In this document: in pieces, positions 21,249 to 32,358 of the stretch | Layout of the letters: the number at the start of each line of letters is the position of its first letter | How positions within the stretch are numbered: the first letter of the stretch is position 1 | Assembly (NCBI GenBank): GCA_047285535.1 | Contig: JBJBDC010000001.1 | Location: 1,568,136-1,632,135 of the forward strand | Length of the DNA stretch: 64,000 bases | Direction: 5' to 3' | Source of the DNA: Synechococcus sp. | GTDB lineage: Bacteria > Cyanobacteriota > Cyanobacteriia > PCC-6307 > Cyanobiaceae | Notes under the pieces: generated by a model | What the model was told of the DNA's origin: nothing | Database searches by the model: none | Seen by the model: only the letters and a program-made list of their open reading frames with translations | Program-made: the position numbers and the translations under genes

Positions 21249-21629
21249 ATGAATCAACTTCAAACCGTTTTGGCCCTAACCAGCAGCATGCTGCTTTTGG
21301 CGCCAAACCTTGCCATGGCCCAGTTCAGCAAATCATTACCCCTGGCCCAGCCGAAAGCAGCCAACCTGGCGCGCATGCGCGCTGAACGATTGAATGGAGG
21401 ATTAAGCAAGTATCGAGCGGCAAGCTGTATGTACGAAACAGGAGCAGCCTCCTGCCTTGAGTCCATTAGCGACAAGGGGTTCCAATTTCGATTTCAAGGA
21501 GGTACTCCAGGGTGGCAGCAACAAGATCCACCCAAGCCTTCCCTCGAAACGTCAGTGCTTGTCTCCAGAGACGGAGACAGGATCGTTGAAGTTACTTACA
21601 ATGAACCGATACGTGAAGGGCAAAATTAG
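21249..21629 (+). CDS. Secreted hypothetical protein (paralog A)
   Basis: Signal peptide ending AMA-Q; AANLARMRAERLNGGLSKYRAASCMY, FRFQGGTPGW. Confidence 0.85.
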   Translation: MNQLQTVLALTSSMLLLAPNLAMAQFSKSLPLAQPKAANLARMRAERLNGGLSKYRAASCMYETGAASCLESISDKGFQFRFQGGTPGWQQQDPPKPSLETSVLVSRDGDRIVEVTYNEPIREGQN

Positions 21630-21681
21630 TTGACAGATCACGAGTGCGTGATTCCGATGTAAATGCAATGCACTTTTAAGC

Positions 21682-22050
21682 ATGAAGCTCCGCACTCTGT
21701 CGGCGATGGCCGTCGTCACTGCTGCAAGCGTGATGGCCGCCACCTCGGGACTCGCGCAAGCCACAATCCCAGCACGTCAAGTGCGGGCTATCAATTTGGC
21801 CCGAAATACGGCTGTCGCTGAAAATGGAGGTCTAACCGTCTACCGCCCTCAGCCATGCATGTTTCAAACAAGTGAGGGAGGTGGGGATTGCCTCATCAAG
21901 AATGACAGCACTGGATACACCTTTCAGTTCTTAGGAGGGATCCCAGGCTGGCCCGAAAACGGTAGCGACCCCACCACAGAAACGGAAATCCAGATCGCTC
22001 CTGATGGCAGATCCGTCACGAACATCATCTACAACGGATCACCCCGCTGA
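21682..22050 (+). CDS. Secreted hypothetical protein (paralog B)
   Basis: Signal peptide; [36 protein letters not shown]; aligns by eye with the preceding gene. Confidence 0.85.
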   Translation: MKLRTLSAMAVVTAASVMAATSGLAQATIPARQVRAINLARNTAVAENGGLTVYRPQPCMFQTSEGGGDCLIKNDSTGYTFQFLGGIPGWPENGSDPTTETEIQIAPDGRSVTNIIYNGSPR

Positions 22051-22980
22051 TAACTGCATCTCCAGCGCCTCTGTCCATTCAACCGACAGAGGCCAGCATT
22101 CTCTCAACGTGAGGCTCAAGGCGATTGCTTTCTCCGCATAAGCCGCTTCGTTAATAAAAATGGGAACATTGCCATCCTCTCCCTCATAGGCAAGGCAAGT
22201 GCCATCTGCCTTTTCAAACAGAGGGTCTCCACAACGCAAAGGCCTCCAATCCGAACCCTGAAAGTGGGGATGAAACAGGGCATCTGGTGCGCCAGATGCA
22301 GACCGTGGTAGATCAAGGCTTCCCAGATGTCGATGAACCACCAGTTGTTGGGGGTAATGGGCTCGATCGGCCAGCACATCAGCGCAAGCCTCGAATACGC
22401 CCTCAAGCGCCAGGCGGGTTTGCGTGGTGATCCGGTGGCTGAGCACCATCTGTGGGACTGGCCCAACTTCAATCACCAGGCCACAGGGCCAACTCTCAAC
22501 AAGAAATCCATGCTGGGCCTGATCTGCTTCATGGAGATAGACCGGTAAGCCGAGTCGTCCTTGCACCAGTGCCGCCAATGCCAAATCAGCGGGTCGACGG
22601 CCATAGACCACCAACGAATTTCCCATCGCAGCCGTTGTGCTGTGCAGGTCAATTACCAAACGACAGGCCTCAATCCCATCCGGCCCATATCGATTGACCA
22701 AGTCGAAGGCACGCCGAACCTCCCGATCAACACCTGAGGATGGGATTTGGGCAGATCCAGCCTGTTCAAGAAGATCAGGCTGGAAAGAGCGATTGAGATC
22801 TCGGTCGAGATAGCGACAACCCTGAGCAAAAGCATCGGGATTACCAATCAAAGTGAGAGCCTTGCACCCATAGGTCTGAATCAATTGAGGATGCTGCTGC
22901 CATTGTTCCAACAGCCATGGCCCATTGATCTCATTCCCGTGAGTGCCAGCCACCACAAGCAATCGGGGGCTTGCCATCAA
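22039..22980 (-). CDS. Aspartoacylase
   Basis: [33 protein letters not shown] motifs. Confidence 0.95.
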   Translation of the reverse strand: MMASPRLLVVAGTHGNEINGPWLLEQWQQHPQLIQTYGCKALTLIGNPDAFAQGCRYLDRDLNRSFQPDLLEQAGSAQIPSSGVDREVRRAFDLVNRYGPDGIEACRLVIDLHSTTAAMGNSLVVYGRRPADLALAALVQGRLGLPVYLHEADQAQHGFLVESWPCGLVIEVGPVPQMVLSHRITTQTRLALEGVFEACADVLADRAHYPQQLVVHRHLGSLDLPRSASGAPDALFHPHFQGSDWRPLRCGDPLFEKADGTCLAYEGEDGNVPIFINEAAYAEKAIALSLTLRECWPLSVEWTEALEMQLSAG

Positions 22981-23032
22981 ATCTCATCAACCATGAACAA
23001 TCTGATGGAAAATAAGTGCAAATGGGGCAACG

Positions 23033-24025
23033 ATGGCAATCCATCCACTAATCGTGCGCGGCGCCCGTGAGGGGTGGCGCTGGCAATGGCTCCGTTTGAT
23101 GGGAGGTCTAGGCCCCGCTGATGCCAAGGGGCACTATCGACGTCCAAACAGCACACCGATGGAGACCCATGTTCTTCATGAAGACGAGCTTGAGAAGCGA
23201 GACAGCAGCAGGAAGCCCCATTTGATCGTTGGCCGAAGTTGCCCTTGGGCCCATCGCGTTTGGTTGGTTTTCCAACTGAGGGGACTCAACTCAAGTATCA
23301 ACCTGAGGATCGCCAATGCAGACCACAACGAAGGTCGTTGGCGTCTTAAGCCCACATGGCTGGGCTGCGACACCCTCCTGGATCTGTACAAGCTGTGTGC
23401 AGCGCCTCCAAGCTATCGGGCCACAGTGCCGGTGCTTGTTGATCCTGGAGCAACAACATCAGATCAACCTCGATTGCTGGGAAATGACAGCACTCCCCTG
23501 AGCGAAGCACTTTGTCTATGGCCAACATCAGGAACAGCCATCAATCTGGCTCCAAATGAATTACGACCTGCCATTCAGCAATGGCAAGAACGCATCCAAC
23601 CGTCCATCAACGACGGTGTCTATCGATGTGGATTTGCACGCAACCAACAGGCTTTTAACCAAGCCAGCCAAGACCTGTTCTCTGCGTTGGATGACGTTGA
23701 GGCAAGTTTGCGAAACCAAGGGCCGTGGCTCTGCGGCCAGCAATTAACGCTGGCCGATGTGCGTCTGTTCCCAACCCTGATCCGTTGGGAAACGGTGTAT
23801 GCCTCTCTGTTCAACTGCTCTGAACGACCATTATGGATGTTTCCAGCACTCTGGGAATGGCGACAACGCTTTTTTGCTCTTCCTGGCGTCAGTGAAAGTT
23901 GTGACAGCAAAGCTTGGAAGCAGGATTATTTCGGAGCACTCTTTCCCCTCAACCCAAGCGGAATCGTTCCAGATGGACCTGATCTAAGCAAACTGATCGG
24001 GGTGACGCCGACATCAAAGCTATGA
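23033..24025 (+). CDS. Glutathione S-transferase, glutathionyl-hydroquinone reductase (ECM4/YqjG-like)
   Basis: CPWAHR, TVPVLVD, INDGVYRCGFA, LTLADVRLFPTLIR, LNPSGIVP. Confidence 0.92.
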   Translation: MAIHPLIVRGAREGWRWQWLRLMGGLGPADAKGHYRRPNSTPMETHVLHEDELEKRDSSRKPHLIVGRSCPWAHRVWLVFQLRGLNSSINLRIANADHNEGRWRLKPTWLGCDTLLDLYKLCAAPPSYRATVPVLVDPGATTSDQPRLLGNDSTPLSEALCLWPTSGTAINLAPNELRPAIQQWQERIQPSINDGVYRCGFARNQQAFNQASQDLFSALDDVEASLRNQGPWLCGQQLTLADVRLFPTLIRWETVYASLFNCSERPLWMFPALWEWRQRFFALPGVSESCDSKAWKQDYFGALFPLNPSGIVPDGPDLSKLIGVTPTSKL

Positions 24026-24684
24026 CAACAAACTTCAACGCAAGACAGGACCAGGCAGAACCAAGCTTTGAGGGAATGTATGGCCCTTATTGCATCACCC
24101 TGCAGGATCAGCGAGAGGTTCAGCTCTACAGAATCTGCTTGCTGATCTGCGGTCTGAGCTTCAGTGCAGGACTCGGACAATGGATCCTCGTCGGTCCACA
24201 GCTGGCGCCCCTATGGCTCTTACCCCTTGCCGCATCACTAGGCCTGGCCTTGCGTTGGATTCATATCTATCTGCGCCCTCTCCATCAAGCCCTTCAGCTG
24301 TTCTGGGCAGCAGGTTGCCTGGGGTGGCTGCTGTTAGCCATCCAAGCCGGTCCAGCCGACATCTTGAACGCACTCGAGAGCCAACGCCTGTGGATCCTGG
24401 CGATTGGTCCCCTCTTTGCCGCCCTTGCTGGTATCGGCTTCAAGGAATTCTTCTGCTTCCAACGACCAGAAGCAATCGGACTCACCCTGCTCCTTCCTCT
24501 CGCACTCCTGGGGTATTGGAGTGGACTGATTGCAGGAACAGTCTCGATCGGCATGATGGCGATGTCTTCTGTTCTTCTCGTGGTTCTTGCGTTGCGAAAA
24601 TTCGGCATGGAGGCCGCTGCTGACGTCGGAGATAAATCCGTTTTTGCTTACTTAGAAGATCAGCGTCAAGCCAAGAGCACGTGA
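24022..24684 (+). CDS. DUF2301-like membrane protein
   Basis: IHIYLRPLH, GIGFKEFFCF, DVGDKSVF; multiple TM segments. Confidence 0.85.
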   Translation: MTTNFNARQDQAEPSFEGMYGPYCITLQDQREVQLYRICLLICGLSFSAGLGQWILVGPQLAPLWLLPLAASLGLALRWIHIYLRPLHQALQLFWAAGCLGWLLLAIQAGPADILNALESQRLWILAIGPLFAALAGIGFKEFFCFQRPEAIGLTLLLPLALLGYWSGLIAGTVSIGMMAMSSVLLVVLALRKFGMEAAADVGDKSVFAYLEDQRQAKST

Positions 24685-26600
24685 GCCTGATCAGTCTCAT
24701 TAAGGCTTCCAAAGACTTCGGCATCCGCACGTTGTTCTCAGACCTGACCCTTCACATCCGTGAGGGTGATCGTCTGGGGCTGATTGGTCCTAATGGTTCT
24801 GGGAAGTCAACTTTACTGAAAGTTCTTTCAGGAGCGGAACCGCTTGGGGAAGGAGAGCGGCGCTGCTCGCCACGATTGCGGGTCGGGCTCGTAGGCCAAG
24901 AGAGCACTGTGGACCCCGGCCTCACCGTCTTGGAACAGGTGCTCGCGGGCTGCGGAGAAAAAAGAGACCTGCTACTGCGTTTCAGCGAACTCAGCAAGGC
25001 CGTTGCAGAGAATCCGGACGACCCCGCGCTACTGGCAGAGCTTGGTGTCCTCAGTCAAAGAATGGACGAATCCGAAGCATGGAGTCTCGAACAACAGTGT
25101 CAGGAAGTTCTGCAACGCCTTGGGATCACTGATCTTCACAGCCCTGTTGAAGCACTTTCTGGTGGATATCGCAAACGGGTTGGTCTCGCATCAGCTCTTG
25201 TCGCTTGTCCGGATGTGCTGCTGCTGGATGAACCCACCAACCACTTAGATGCAACAGCAGTGGAGTGGTTGCAAAGCTGGTTGGATCGATACCCCGGTGC
25301 GGTGGTCCTCGTGACTCACGACCGCTATGTACTGGATCGAGTGACCCGCAGAATCGTTGAAGTTGAACTGGGAGAAGCGCGGAGTATTGAGGGTAATTAC
25401 AGCGCTTATTTGCAGCGAAAAGCCGAACAAAATCTCGCGGATGCCGCTGCTGCCGCCAAATTTAAAAGCGTGCTCAGGCGTGAATTGGCTTGGTTACGGC
25501 AAGGACCAAAAGCACGCAGCACCAAACAAAAGGCACGCCTGCAACGGATCGACGAGATGCGGACAGCACCCACAAAACAAAGCCGCGGCCAGCTGGAGAT
25601 GGCCAGTGTGAGTCGTCGCATTGGGAAAGTCGCGATCGAGGCGGAGCATCTCTCCGTCTCGGCTGATGGCAACAAAGACGGGCCGTTTTTGCTTGCAGAC
25701 TTCAGTTACAGCTTCAGCCCAGAGGATCGTGTGGGAATTATTGGTCCCAACGGCAGTGGCAAATCAACCCTGCTTGACCTCATCGCAGGGCGACGTCAAC
25801 CAACCTCCGGATCCCTGCAGGTCGGAGAGACCGTGCATCTCGGATATCTCGACCAACACAGCGATGTCCTTAGCGATGGGAAGGGGTTGGAGCGCAAAGT
25901 GATCGATTTTGTCGAGGAAGCAGCCTCAACCATCAACCTTGGCCATGAGCAGCTGAGTGCCTCACAACTCCTGGAACGATTTCTCTTTCCACCAGCACAA
26001 CAGCACAGTCCCCTTAGCAAGCTCTCCGGAGGAGAACGACGGCGCCTCAGCCTTTGCCGCATGTTGATCCAGGCACCCAATGTGTTGCTGCTCGACGAGC
26101 CCACCAACGACTTGGACGTAAAAACCCTGAGTGTCCTCGAAGACCTGCTCGAGGACTTTCGTGGCTGTGTGGTCGTCGTGTCGCACGATCGCTATTTCCT
26201 AGACCGCACTATCGACCGTCTGTTCTGCTTTGAAAACGGACGTTTGCAGAGATTTGAAGGGAACTACAGCGAATTTCTTGATCACCGTCGTGATCTGGAG
26301 AGAGCCCAAAACGAAGCGCTGTCAGCTCAGGACACCGTTCAAAACTCCACGAAATCAGCTTCCAAAAGAGGGCCAAGTCAAGATAACAAGCCAAAACGGC
26401 GCAGTTTTAAAGAATCCAAGGAGCTGGAGCGCCTCGACAAGGATCTTCCCGCGCTTGAGGAGAGAAAACAGGAGCTGGAACAGGCCATTGCTTGCGGTAG
26501 AGGAGATCTCAGCTCTCTAAGCTTGGAACTCGCAGCATTATTGGACTCTCTTCATGCCAGTGAGGAGCGCTGGCTAGAACTCAGCGAACTCGAGCCATAG
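24681..26600 (+). CDS. ABC-F family ATPase (Uup-like)
   Basis: Two ABC domains (GPNGSGKST twice, LSGG, DEPTN), linker ELAWLRQGPKARSTKQKAR, C-terminal EERWLEL. Confidence 0.95.
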   Translation: MSLISLIKASKDFGIRTLFSDLTLHIREGDRLGLIGPNGSGKSTLLKVLSGAEPLGEGERRCSPRLRVGLVGQESTVDPGLTVLEQVLAGCGEKRDLLLRFSELSKAVAENPDDPALLAELGVLSQRMDESEAWSLEQQCQEVLQRLGITDLHSPVEALSGGYRKRVGLASALVACPDVLLLDEPTNHLDATAVEWLQSWLDRYPGAVVLVTHDRYVLDRVTRRIVEVELGEARSIEGNYSAYLQRKAEQNLADAAAAAKFKSVLRRELAWLRQGPKARSTKQKARLQRIDEMRTAPTKQSRGQLEMASVSRRIGKVAIEAEHLSVSADGNKDGPFLLADFSYSFSPEDRVGIIGPNGSGKSTLLDLIAGRRQPTSGSLQVGETVHLGYLDQHSDVLSDGKGLERKVIDFVEEAASTINLGHEQLSASQLLERFLFPPAQQHSPLSKLSGGERRRLSLCRMLIQAPNVLLLDEPTNDLDVKTLSVLEDLLEDFRGCVVVVSHDRYFLDRTIDRLFCFENGRLQRFEGNYSEFLDHRRDLERAQNEALSAQDTVQNSTKSASKRGPSQDNKPKRRSFKESKELERLDKDLPALEERKQELEQAIACGRGDLSSLSLELAALLDSLHASEERWLELSELEP

Positions 26601-26786
26601 GACCTTGAGCCCGTAGATGCTTCACATCGCCTGCGGTCAGCTCTGTACTCCAAAACAAGACCATGCCGATTCAGGATGGAGAAAGGTGTTGTTACGGAAA
26701 CTATTTCGCCTACAGGATCCGTGGCTCTACAGCAAACCAGTCGTAAAATAACTCCATCACAGCTGGCTTCACGAGCCGCCGATTCC

Positions 26787-27005
26787 ATGAAATCTATCGA
26801 CGAGCACATCAAGAAAGACCAGTCTGAACTTGAAACTGCTCGTGCCTCAGGTGATGAAGCCAAAGTCCGCCATCTGACTCAAGAACTGCATTCTCTTGAG
26901 GAATACAAGGAGCACAACCCTGAGGACCAGCACGATCCCACCTCTCTCGAGCTTTATTGCGATGCCAATCCAGAGGCCGACGAGTGCCGCGTCTACGACG
27001 ATTAA
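26787..27005 (+). CDS. cp12: CP12 domain protein
   Basis: C-terminal LELYCDANPEADECRVYDD; start at ATG 26787 (MKSIDEHI). Confidence 0.92.
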   Translation: MKSIDEHIKKDQSELETARASGDEAKVRHLTQELHSLEEYKEHNPEDQHDPTSLELYCDANPEADECRVYDD

Positions 27006-27032
27006 ACCCAAGGGAAACTCTTGGTGATGAAC

Positions 27033-27059
27033 CGGCCTGCCCACAAGGCAGGTTTTTTT
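27033..27059 (+). terminator. Intrinsic terminator after cp12
   Basis: GCCTGCC-CACAA-GGCAGGT followed by a T-run. Confidence 0.8.
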
Positions 27060-27087
27060 ATGCCGTTTCAATCCGGCGCAGCCAGCC

Positions 27088-28077
27088 CTAAAGCCCCAAT
27101 TCGTTCCAGACCCGATCCAACATCTGATTCAGTCCGAGACTCATCGCTGCTGAGATCAGCAGAGGTTTCCTGCCACTGGCCTCAAAGAGCGCTGCTGCCA
27201 AAGCATCCTGATGCTCTTCACCAATAAGCTCTTGCTTGTTGATCACAAGAAGTCTTGGACGCTCCAGCAGCCCGTGTCCGTAAGCCGCTAGCTCTTTCTC
27301 AACGATGCTGAGATCCAACAATGGATCCTCAGCTCCACCATCAATGAGGTGAATCAGCAGCCTGGTGCGCTCAATATGGCGAAGGAAATCGTGGCCTAGA
27401 CCAGCACCTTGCGCAGCACCAGCAATCAAACCAGGAATATCAGCAAAAACAGTGCCGTCGCCTGTCGGACGGCGTACCACACCAAGATTGGGGATCAGTG
27501 TCGTAAAGGGATAGTCGGCGATTTTAGGTCGAGCTGCAGAAAGCACGCTGATCAGGGTGCTCTTCCCTGCATTCGGAAGCCCAATAATCCCCACCTCAGC
27601 TAACAGCTTGAGCTCCAGCTGCAACATCCACTCTTCACCATCACGACCTTCCGTACATTTTTCGGGAGCGCGGTTTCGATTGCTGAGATAATGGGCATTA
27701 CCCAATCCTCCCCGCCCCCCAAACGCCACGGTGAGGCGGTCACCATGGGAGGTGAGATCGCCGAACATAATCCCTGTGCTTAGGTGGCGAACCTCAGTCC
27801 CACAGGGGACTTTGATCACCAATGGTGGTCCAGAAGCCCCCGTGCAGCGATTGGGACCTCCCCTTCGTCCATCGATCGCGGCGAAAAGCCGTTTGTACTT
27901 GAAATCCAACAGGGTTTGTAGGTTGGCATCTGCCTCCAACACCACATCAGCGCCCTGCCCTCCATCACCACCAGAGGGCCCACCCGCCGGGACATATTTC
28001 TCTCGACGGAAGGCCACGATGCCATCGCCGCCACGGCCACCCCGCACGGCAATACGCGCTTGGTCGATGAACTGCAC
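27088..28077 (-). CDS. obgE: GTPase ObgE/CgtA
   Basis: [52 protein letters not shown]. Confidence 0.98.
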   Translation of the reverse strand: MQFIDQARIAVRGGRGGDGIVAFRREKYVPAGGPSGGDGGQGADVVLEADANLQTLLDFKYKRLFAAIDGRRGGPNRCTGASGPPLVIKVPCGTEVRHLSTGIMFGDLTSHGDRLTVAFGGRGGLGNAHYLSNRNRAPEKCTEGRDGEEWMLQLELKLLAEVGIIGLPNAGKSTLISVLSAARPKIADYPFTTLIPNLGVVRRPTGDGTVFADIPGLIAGAAQGAGLGHDFLRHIERTRLLIHLIDGGAEDPLLDLSIVEKELAAYGHGLLERPRLLVINKQELIGEEHQDALAAALFEASGRKPLLISAAMSLGLNQMLDRVWNELGL

Positions 28078-28131
28078 GGCAAGCCTCAGTTGCGGCCAAT
28101 TGCCAACCCTAGGATCGAAGAGTCCGCAGAG

Positions 28132-29370
28132 ATGAGCTTGGCAGGAGTTCGCTTCGAATCACTCAGCAAGACCTATCCGGCCCGTGGGGGAGGGGAACCT
28201 GTTGAGGTGATTCGTGATCTCTCCCTCAGCATCGCTGACGGGGAGTTTCTGGTTCTCGTTGGTCCATCCGGTTGCGGCAAAAGCACACTTCTGCGCCTCA
28301 TGGCAGGACTGGAAGCCCCCAGTGCTGGAGAGATCATGGTGGGAGAGCGACCCGTGTCTGGTCTGAGACCAGCCAAGCGAAATGTGGCGATGGTGTTCCA
28401 AAGTTATGCGCTCTATCCCCATCTGAGCGTTCGCGACAACCTGGCCTTCGGCCTCAGAAGAAGCCAGAGGCGTACGGCCTTGCAACAGCTGCAGGACCAA
28501 CTGCATCGCACCACTCGCCATCTGCCTGGAGCTCTGAGAATCCCCTCACATCGAGAGCAACAGTTAGAAAAACGGGTGGAAGCTGTAGCCCAATCTCTCG
28601 AATTGGATCACTTGCTCGAGCGTCGACCGAAAGAACTATCTGGAGGGCAAAAACAGCGGGTTGCGCTCGGTCGAGCGATGGCCCGCAAACCAGAGGTCTT
28701 CTTGATGGATGAACCTCTCAGCAATCTCGACGCAAAATTGCGTGGGAGCACCAGAGCGCGAATTGTTGACCTCCAGCGACAACTCGGAACCACCACGATC
28801 TATGTGACCCATGACCAAGTAGAGGCGATGACAATGGGTCACCGCATCGCCGTGCTCAATCAGGGACATCTGCAACAGCTGGGTACGCCAATGGAGCTGT
28901 ATCGCTGGCCTTCGAATCTCTTTGTGGCCCAGTTTATTGGCAGCCCACCGATGAATGTGCTCCCCGTGCATGTGGCTTCTGGAGGTGTGTTGATGCTCGA
29001 GGGAAAGCGCTTAAACGTAGAGGGGACCCTGCAAGACATCCTCCCGACCCTGGAAGGCCAGCAGCTGAGTGGAGGGATCCGGCCAGAGCAACTGCGAGTG
29101 GCACCAGCCACAAACCGAAACCTGCCGGCTGAGGTGAGTCACTGTGAAGTCTTGGGGAATGAACAATTACTGACATGCCGTTTGCTGGATGGGAACCATC
29201 TGGTGCAGGTGAGGGCGGCTCCAACGCTGGCCATCTCTACCGGCAGTTCCCTGCACTTAGAAGCCGACCCAGAAGGATGGCGATTGTTTGATTCTGATGG
29301 CGAAGCCATTGCATTCCCGACACCAGCACCACCAGAGATCAACGAACCTCAACTTCCAGAACTGACCTGA
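28132..29370 (+). CDS. Carbohydrate ABC transporter ATPase (MalK/GgtA-like)
   Basis: [47 protein letters not shown]. Confidence 0.93.
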   Translation: MSLAGVRFESLSKTYPARGGGEPVEVIRDLSLSIADGEFLVLVGPSGCGKSTLLRLMAGLEAPSAGEIMVGERPVSGLRPAKRNVAMVFQSYALYPHLSVRDNLAFGLRRSQRRTALQQLQDQLHRTTRHLPGALRIPSHREQQLEKRVEAVAQSLELDHLLERRPKELSGGQKQRVALGRAMARKPEVFLMDEPLSNLDAKLRGSTRARIVDLQRQLGTTTIYVTHDQVEAMTMGHRIAVLNQGHLQQLGTPMELYRWPSNLFVAQFIGSPPMNVLPVHVASGGVLMLEGKRLNVEGTLQDILPTLEGQQLSGGIRPEQLRVAPATNRNLPAEVSHCEVLGNEQLLTCRLLDGNHLVQVRAAPTLAISTGSSLHLEADPEGWRLFDSDGEAIAFPTPAPPEINEPQLPELT

Positions 29371-29377
29371 GCCAGCA

Positions 29378-31795
29378 TCAGCGCATCCAAACGACACTGC
29401 AACCAGGACCACCATCCCCCTGATCGGCGTCACAGACACGTTCCACATAAGGGAGTGAGTTAAGCCACTGACGTAAGCCACGCTTCAAGCGCCCAGTCCC
29501 AATCCCATGGATCACCCAAACCGGACCATTGGCAGCTCTAAGCACCTCATCCAGAGCAGCTTCGGCTTCATGCACTCTCTGGCCGCGAACATCAACCGTG
29601 TTTCGAGTCGTACGCACCTGAGAGCCTCCGACGCCTTGCCGCGCTTTCACTTGAACAACGGGTTGAGGTGGTGGCGGTGCTCGGCGGCCATCCAAGCTTT
29701 CCACTGAGTGAAGATCCACCGTGCTGCGCATCACTCCACAGCGCACACTCAAGAATTGACCATCGTCTGATATCTCCAAGACCTCTGCCGCTTTATCGAG
29801 TGCGAGCAATCGGATCCGCTCTCCTACAGAAGGACGCCATTCCGGATGAGCACGACGCACTGCTACAGAGCGATGACTGGATTCGAGCTTGCGAAGGCGC
29901 TGGCCTGCACGGCGAGCAGTTTCACCATCAGCCTTCTGATCCCGCAATCGACGAATCAGCTGACGCACCTCTTTTTGCCCCTCACGAATCGAACTCTCCA
30001 AGCGCTGCCGTCCCAACTCCTTCTGCTGAGCAGAATTCTGTCGTTGCTGTTCCCAACGCTTTAGCAGCTCCTCATGAAGCAATTCAGTCCGAGCTAGCAG
30101 TGCAGCCGCATCTTCTGCCGCGGCCTGTTGACGTTGTCGCTGCTCTTCCAAGCCGCGAATCACAGCATTGACATCTCCATCACCACTGGGCTTAAGCAGT
30201 TGCCTTGCTTGTTCAATGACACCGTCATCGAAACCAAGACGGTTGGCAATCGCCAAGGCGTTGCTCCGTCCTGGGATCCCCCAAAGCAGCTGATAGGTGG
30301 GTGAAAGAGAGTCGCTATCAAATGCCACAGAGGCATTCTCAAAGCGCGAATCGCTGTACTTCAATGCTTTGAGCTCGCCAAAGTGTGTTGTGGCAATCGT
30401 GAGGCGTGCGCTATCGGCCAAATGACGAAGCAGCGCGATCGCTAGTGCTGTGCCCTCACTTGGATCGGTGCCCGCACCCACTTCATCAAGCAGCACGAGC
30501 GCTGGAGACGGTCCTGAGACGAGCGATTCAAGAATGCTGCCAATCCTCTTCACGTGTCCGCTGAAGGTAGACAAACTCTGCTGAAGAGACTGTTCATCAC
30601 CAATGTCGGCTAGCACCTGAGCGCACCAGGGAAGTGAAGGACTCCCGCTGCAAGGAATCCACATTCCCGCTCTGGCCATGAGTGCCGCCAAACCAATACT
30701 CTTCAATGTCACTGTCTTGCCACCGGTGTTGGGTCCCGTAATCGCCACAACCCTCAAGTGCTCTGAAACCTCAATACTCACCGGAACAACCGCGGCGCCT
30801 CCCTCTCTGCGCTGCTGCCAAACCAACAATGGATGGCGCAGCTCCAAAATTTGAAATGGAGCATCAACTCGAGCCTCAAGTCGTGGCGGAACCGCCCCAA
30901 GCCACTGGCCATAACGGCCTCTTGCCAAAGACAGATCTAGCTGCAACAGCACCGCCATCAATGCAGCCAGGTCAGCGCTCTGCTCTGAAACGGCAGCGCT
31001 GAGCTCAGCCAAGACGCGCCGTTCCTCATCTCTGATTCGTCCCTCCAGAGCTGCAAGACGATTACCGAGACCGATCACGGCTTTCGGTTCTACAAAAACG
31101 GTATTCCCAGATGCAGAACTATCGTGAACCATGCCTGGACAGTGGGCCGCAGCACCAGCTTTGACCGCTAGTACCGGTCGACCATGACGCTCAGAAATGA
31201 CCGTGTCCTGCAGCAAAGATGCCCATTTCCGCAGCACCGCCTGCAATTGATCACGCCTCTCCTGACGTGCAACCTGCCATTGGCGACGCAAGCCCTCCAG
31301 GGATGGACTAGCTCGGTCCGCAACACGTCCACCCTCTTCAAGGGCAAACTTCAGGCGCTGCTCAAGGTCTGGAAGCGTCGCCACATCTTCCAGCAAAGCT
31401 GTGCACTCAGGTCTTAAGTCCGGATCATTGATCTGACGACGAAGGCGTCGTGCTGCCGCAAGAGTGTCGGCTACAGCTAATAGCTCTTCACCTGACGCAG
31501 TTCCACCCTTGCCGCAGCGGAGCAACACCATCTCAAGATCGTGCACCCCCCGAAAACTCAGACCACCCTCAAGCAGGCCATCCAGACCAGCAAGCTCCAT
31601 ACTTCTGACCTGATAGGTCAGAGTGGTTTCAAGATCGTCTGGAAGCAGGCCCTTCAGACAGTGCTGACGCCCTTGTGAGGTATTGGCAAAGGTTGAGAAG
31701 TGCTCGCACAAACGAGGCCATTCCAACAATTCAAGAGTCTCTTCAAGGATCGAAACTGACGACCTTGTTGAGGCCTCCTCGGATTCGAGGGTCAT
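29378..31795 (-). CDS. mutS2: Endonuclease MutS2
   Basis: ITGPNTGGKT, DIGDEQS, STFSGH, DEVGAGTDP and C-terminal Smr domain IHGIGTG. Confidence 0.97.
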   Translation of the reverse strand: MTLESEEASTRSSVSILEETLELLEWPRLCEHFSTFANTSQGRQHCLKGLLPDDLETTLTYQVRSMELAGLDGLLEGGLSFRGVHDLEMVLLRCGKGGTASGEELLAVADTLAAARRLRRQINDPDLRPECTALLEDVATLPDLEQRLKFALEEGGRVADRASPSLEGLRRQWQVARQERRDQLQAVLRKWASLLQDTVISERHGRPVLAVKAGAAAHCPGMVHDSSASGNTVFVEPKAVIGLGNRLAALEGRIRDEERRVLAELSAAVSEQSADLAALMAVLLQLDLSLARGRYGQWLGAVPPRLEARVDAPFQILELRHPLLVWQQRREGGAAVVPVSIEVSEHLRVVAITGPNTGGKTVTLKSIGLAALMARAGMWIPCSGSPSLPWCAQVLADIGDEQSLQQSLSTFSGHVKRIGSILESLVSGPSPALVLLDEVGAGTDPSEGTALAIALLRHLADSARLTIATTHFGELKALKYSDSRFENASVAFDSDSLSPTYQLLWGIPGRSNALAIANRLGFDDGVIEQARQLLKPSGDGDVNAVIRGLEEQRQRQQAAAEDAAALLARTELLHEELLKRWEQQRQNSAQQKELGRQRLESSIREGQKEVRQLIRRLRDQKADGETARRAGQRLRKLESSHRSVAVRRAHPEWRPSVGERIRLLALDKAAEVLEISDDGQFLSVRCGVMRSTVDLHSVESLDGRRAPPPPQPVVQVKARQGVGGSQVRTTRNTVDVRGQRVHEAEAALDEVLRAANGPVWVIHGIGTGRLKRGLRQWLNSLPYVERVCDADQGDGGPGCSVVWMR

Positions 31796-32196
31796 CCGGA
31801 GCGTCCTGCAGAGGCCTCCAACTGATTGGAAGGGATGCCACCTGGAGGTTCGTACAGCATTTCAAGCCAGTTTCCATCTGGGTCCCGAAAGTAAAACGAA
31901 GCGGTGCCATCTCTGTGATCATGCACCGCTCCAACGCTGACGCCAGAGGCTTTTAACCCTTCATGGACAGCATCAACTTCAGAACGATCATGAAAATGAA
32001 ATGCAAAATGGGGTCCAGCCGCTTTGTAGGTGGGTCCAAGGAGGGCTAAGCCATCTCGACTATCTCCAGCCTCCAGATAAGACCAGTCATCTGCCTTCCA
32101 GACCAAACGCATGCCGAGATCACAGTAAAAAGCAATTGCACGCGACAGGTCCTGCACACGGATGGCGACATGGCCAAGGCGTTGAACCGGTGACAT
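31792..32196 (-). CDS. VOC/glyoxalase family protein
   Basis: LGHVAIRVQDL, HFAF, YFRDPDGNWLE. Confidence 0.93.
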   Translation of the reverse strand: MSPVQRLGHVAIRVQDLSRAIAFYCDLGMRLVWKADDWSYLEAGDSRDGLALLGPTYKAAGPHFAFHFHDRSEVDAVHEGLKASGVSVGAVHDHRDGTASFYFRDPDGNWLEMLYEPPGGIPSNQLEASAGRSG

Positions 32197-32358
32197 AAAT
32201 CTCTATAAGAGTGACAGTTATTCTGGTGTGTTGATCGTCTTCTGTGAGTTGTGTGACAGGAGCAAGCTCACCCAACTGGAAATCATGGACGCTTGATCCG
32301 TTTGGAGCGCATGGTCAGCACATAAATCTGACAGTGAAACAACCGCAAATGACTGGAT

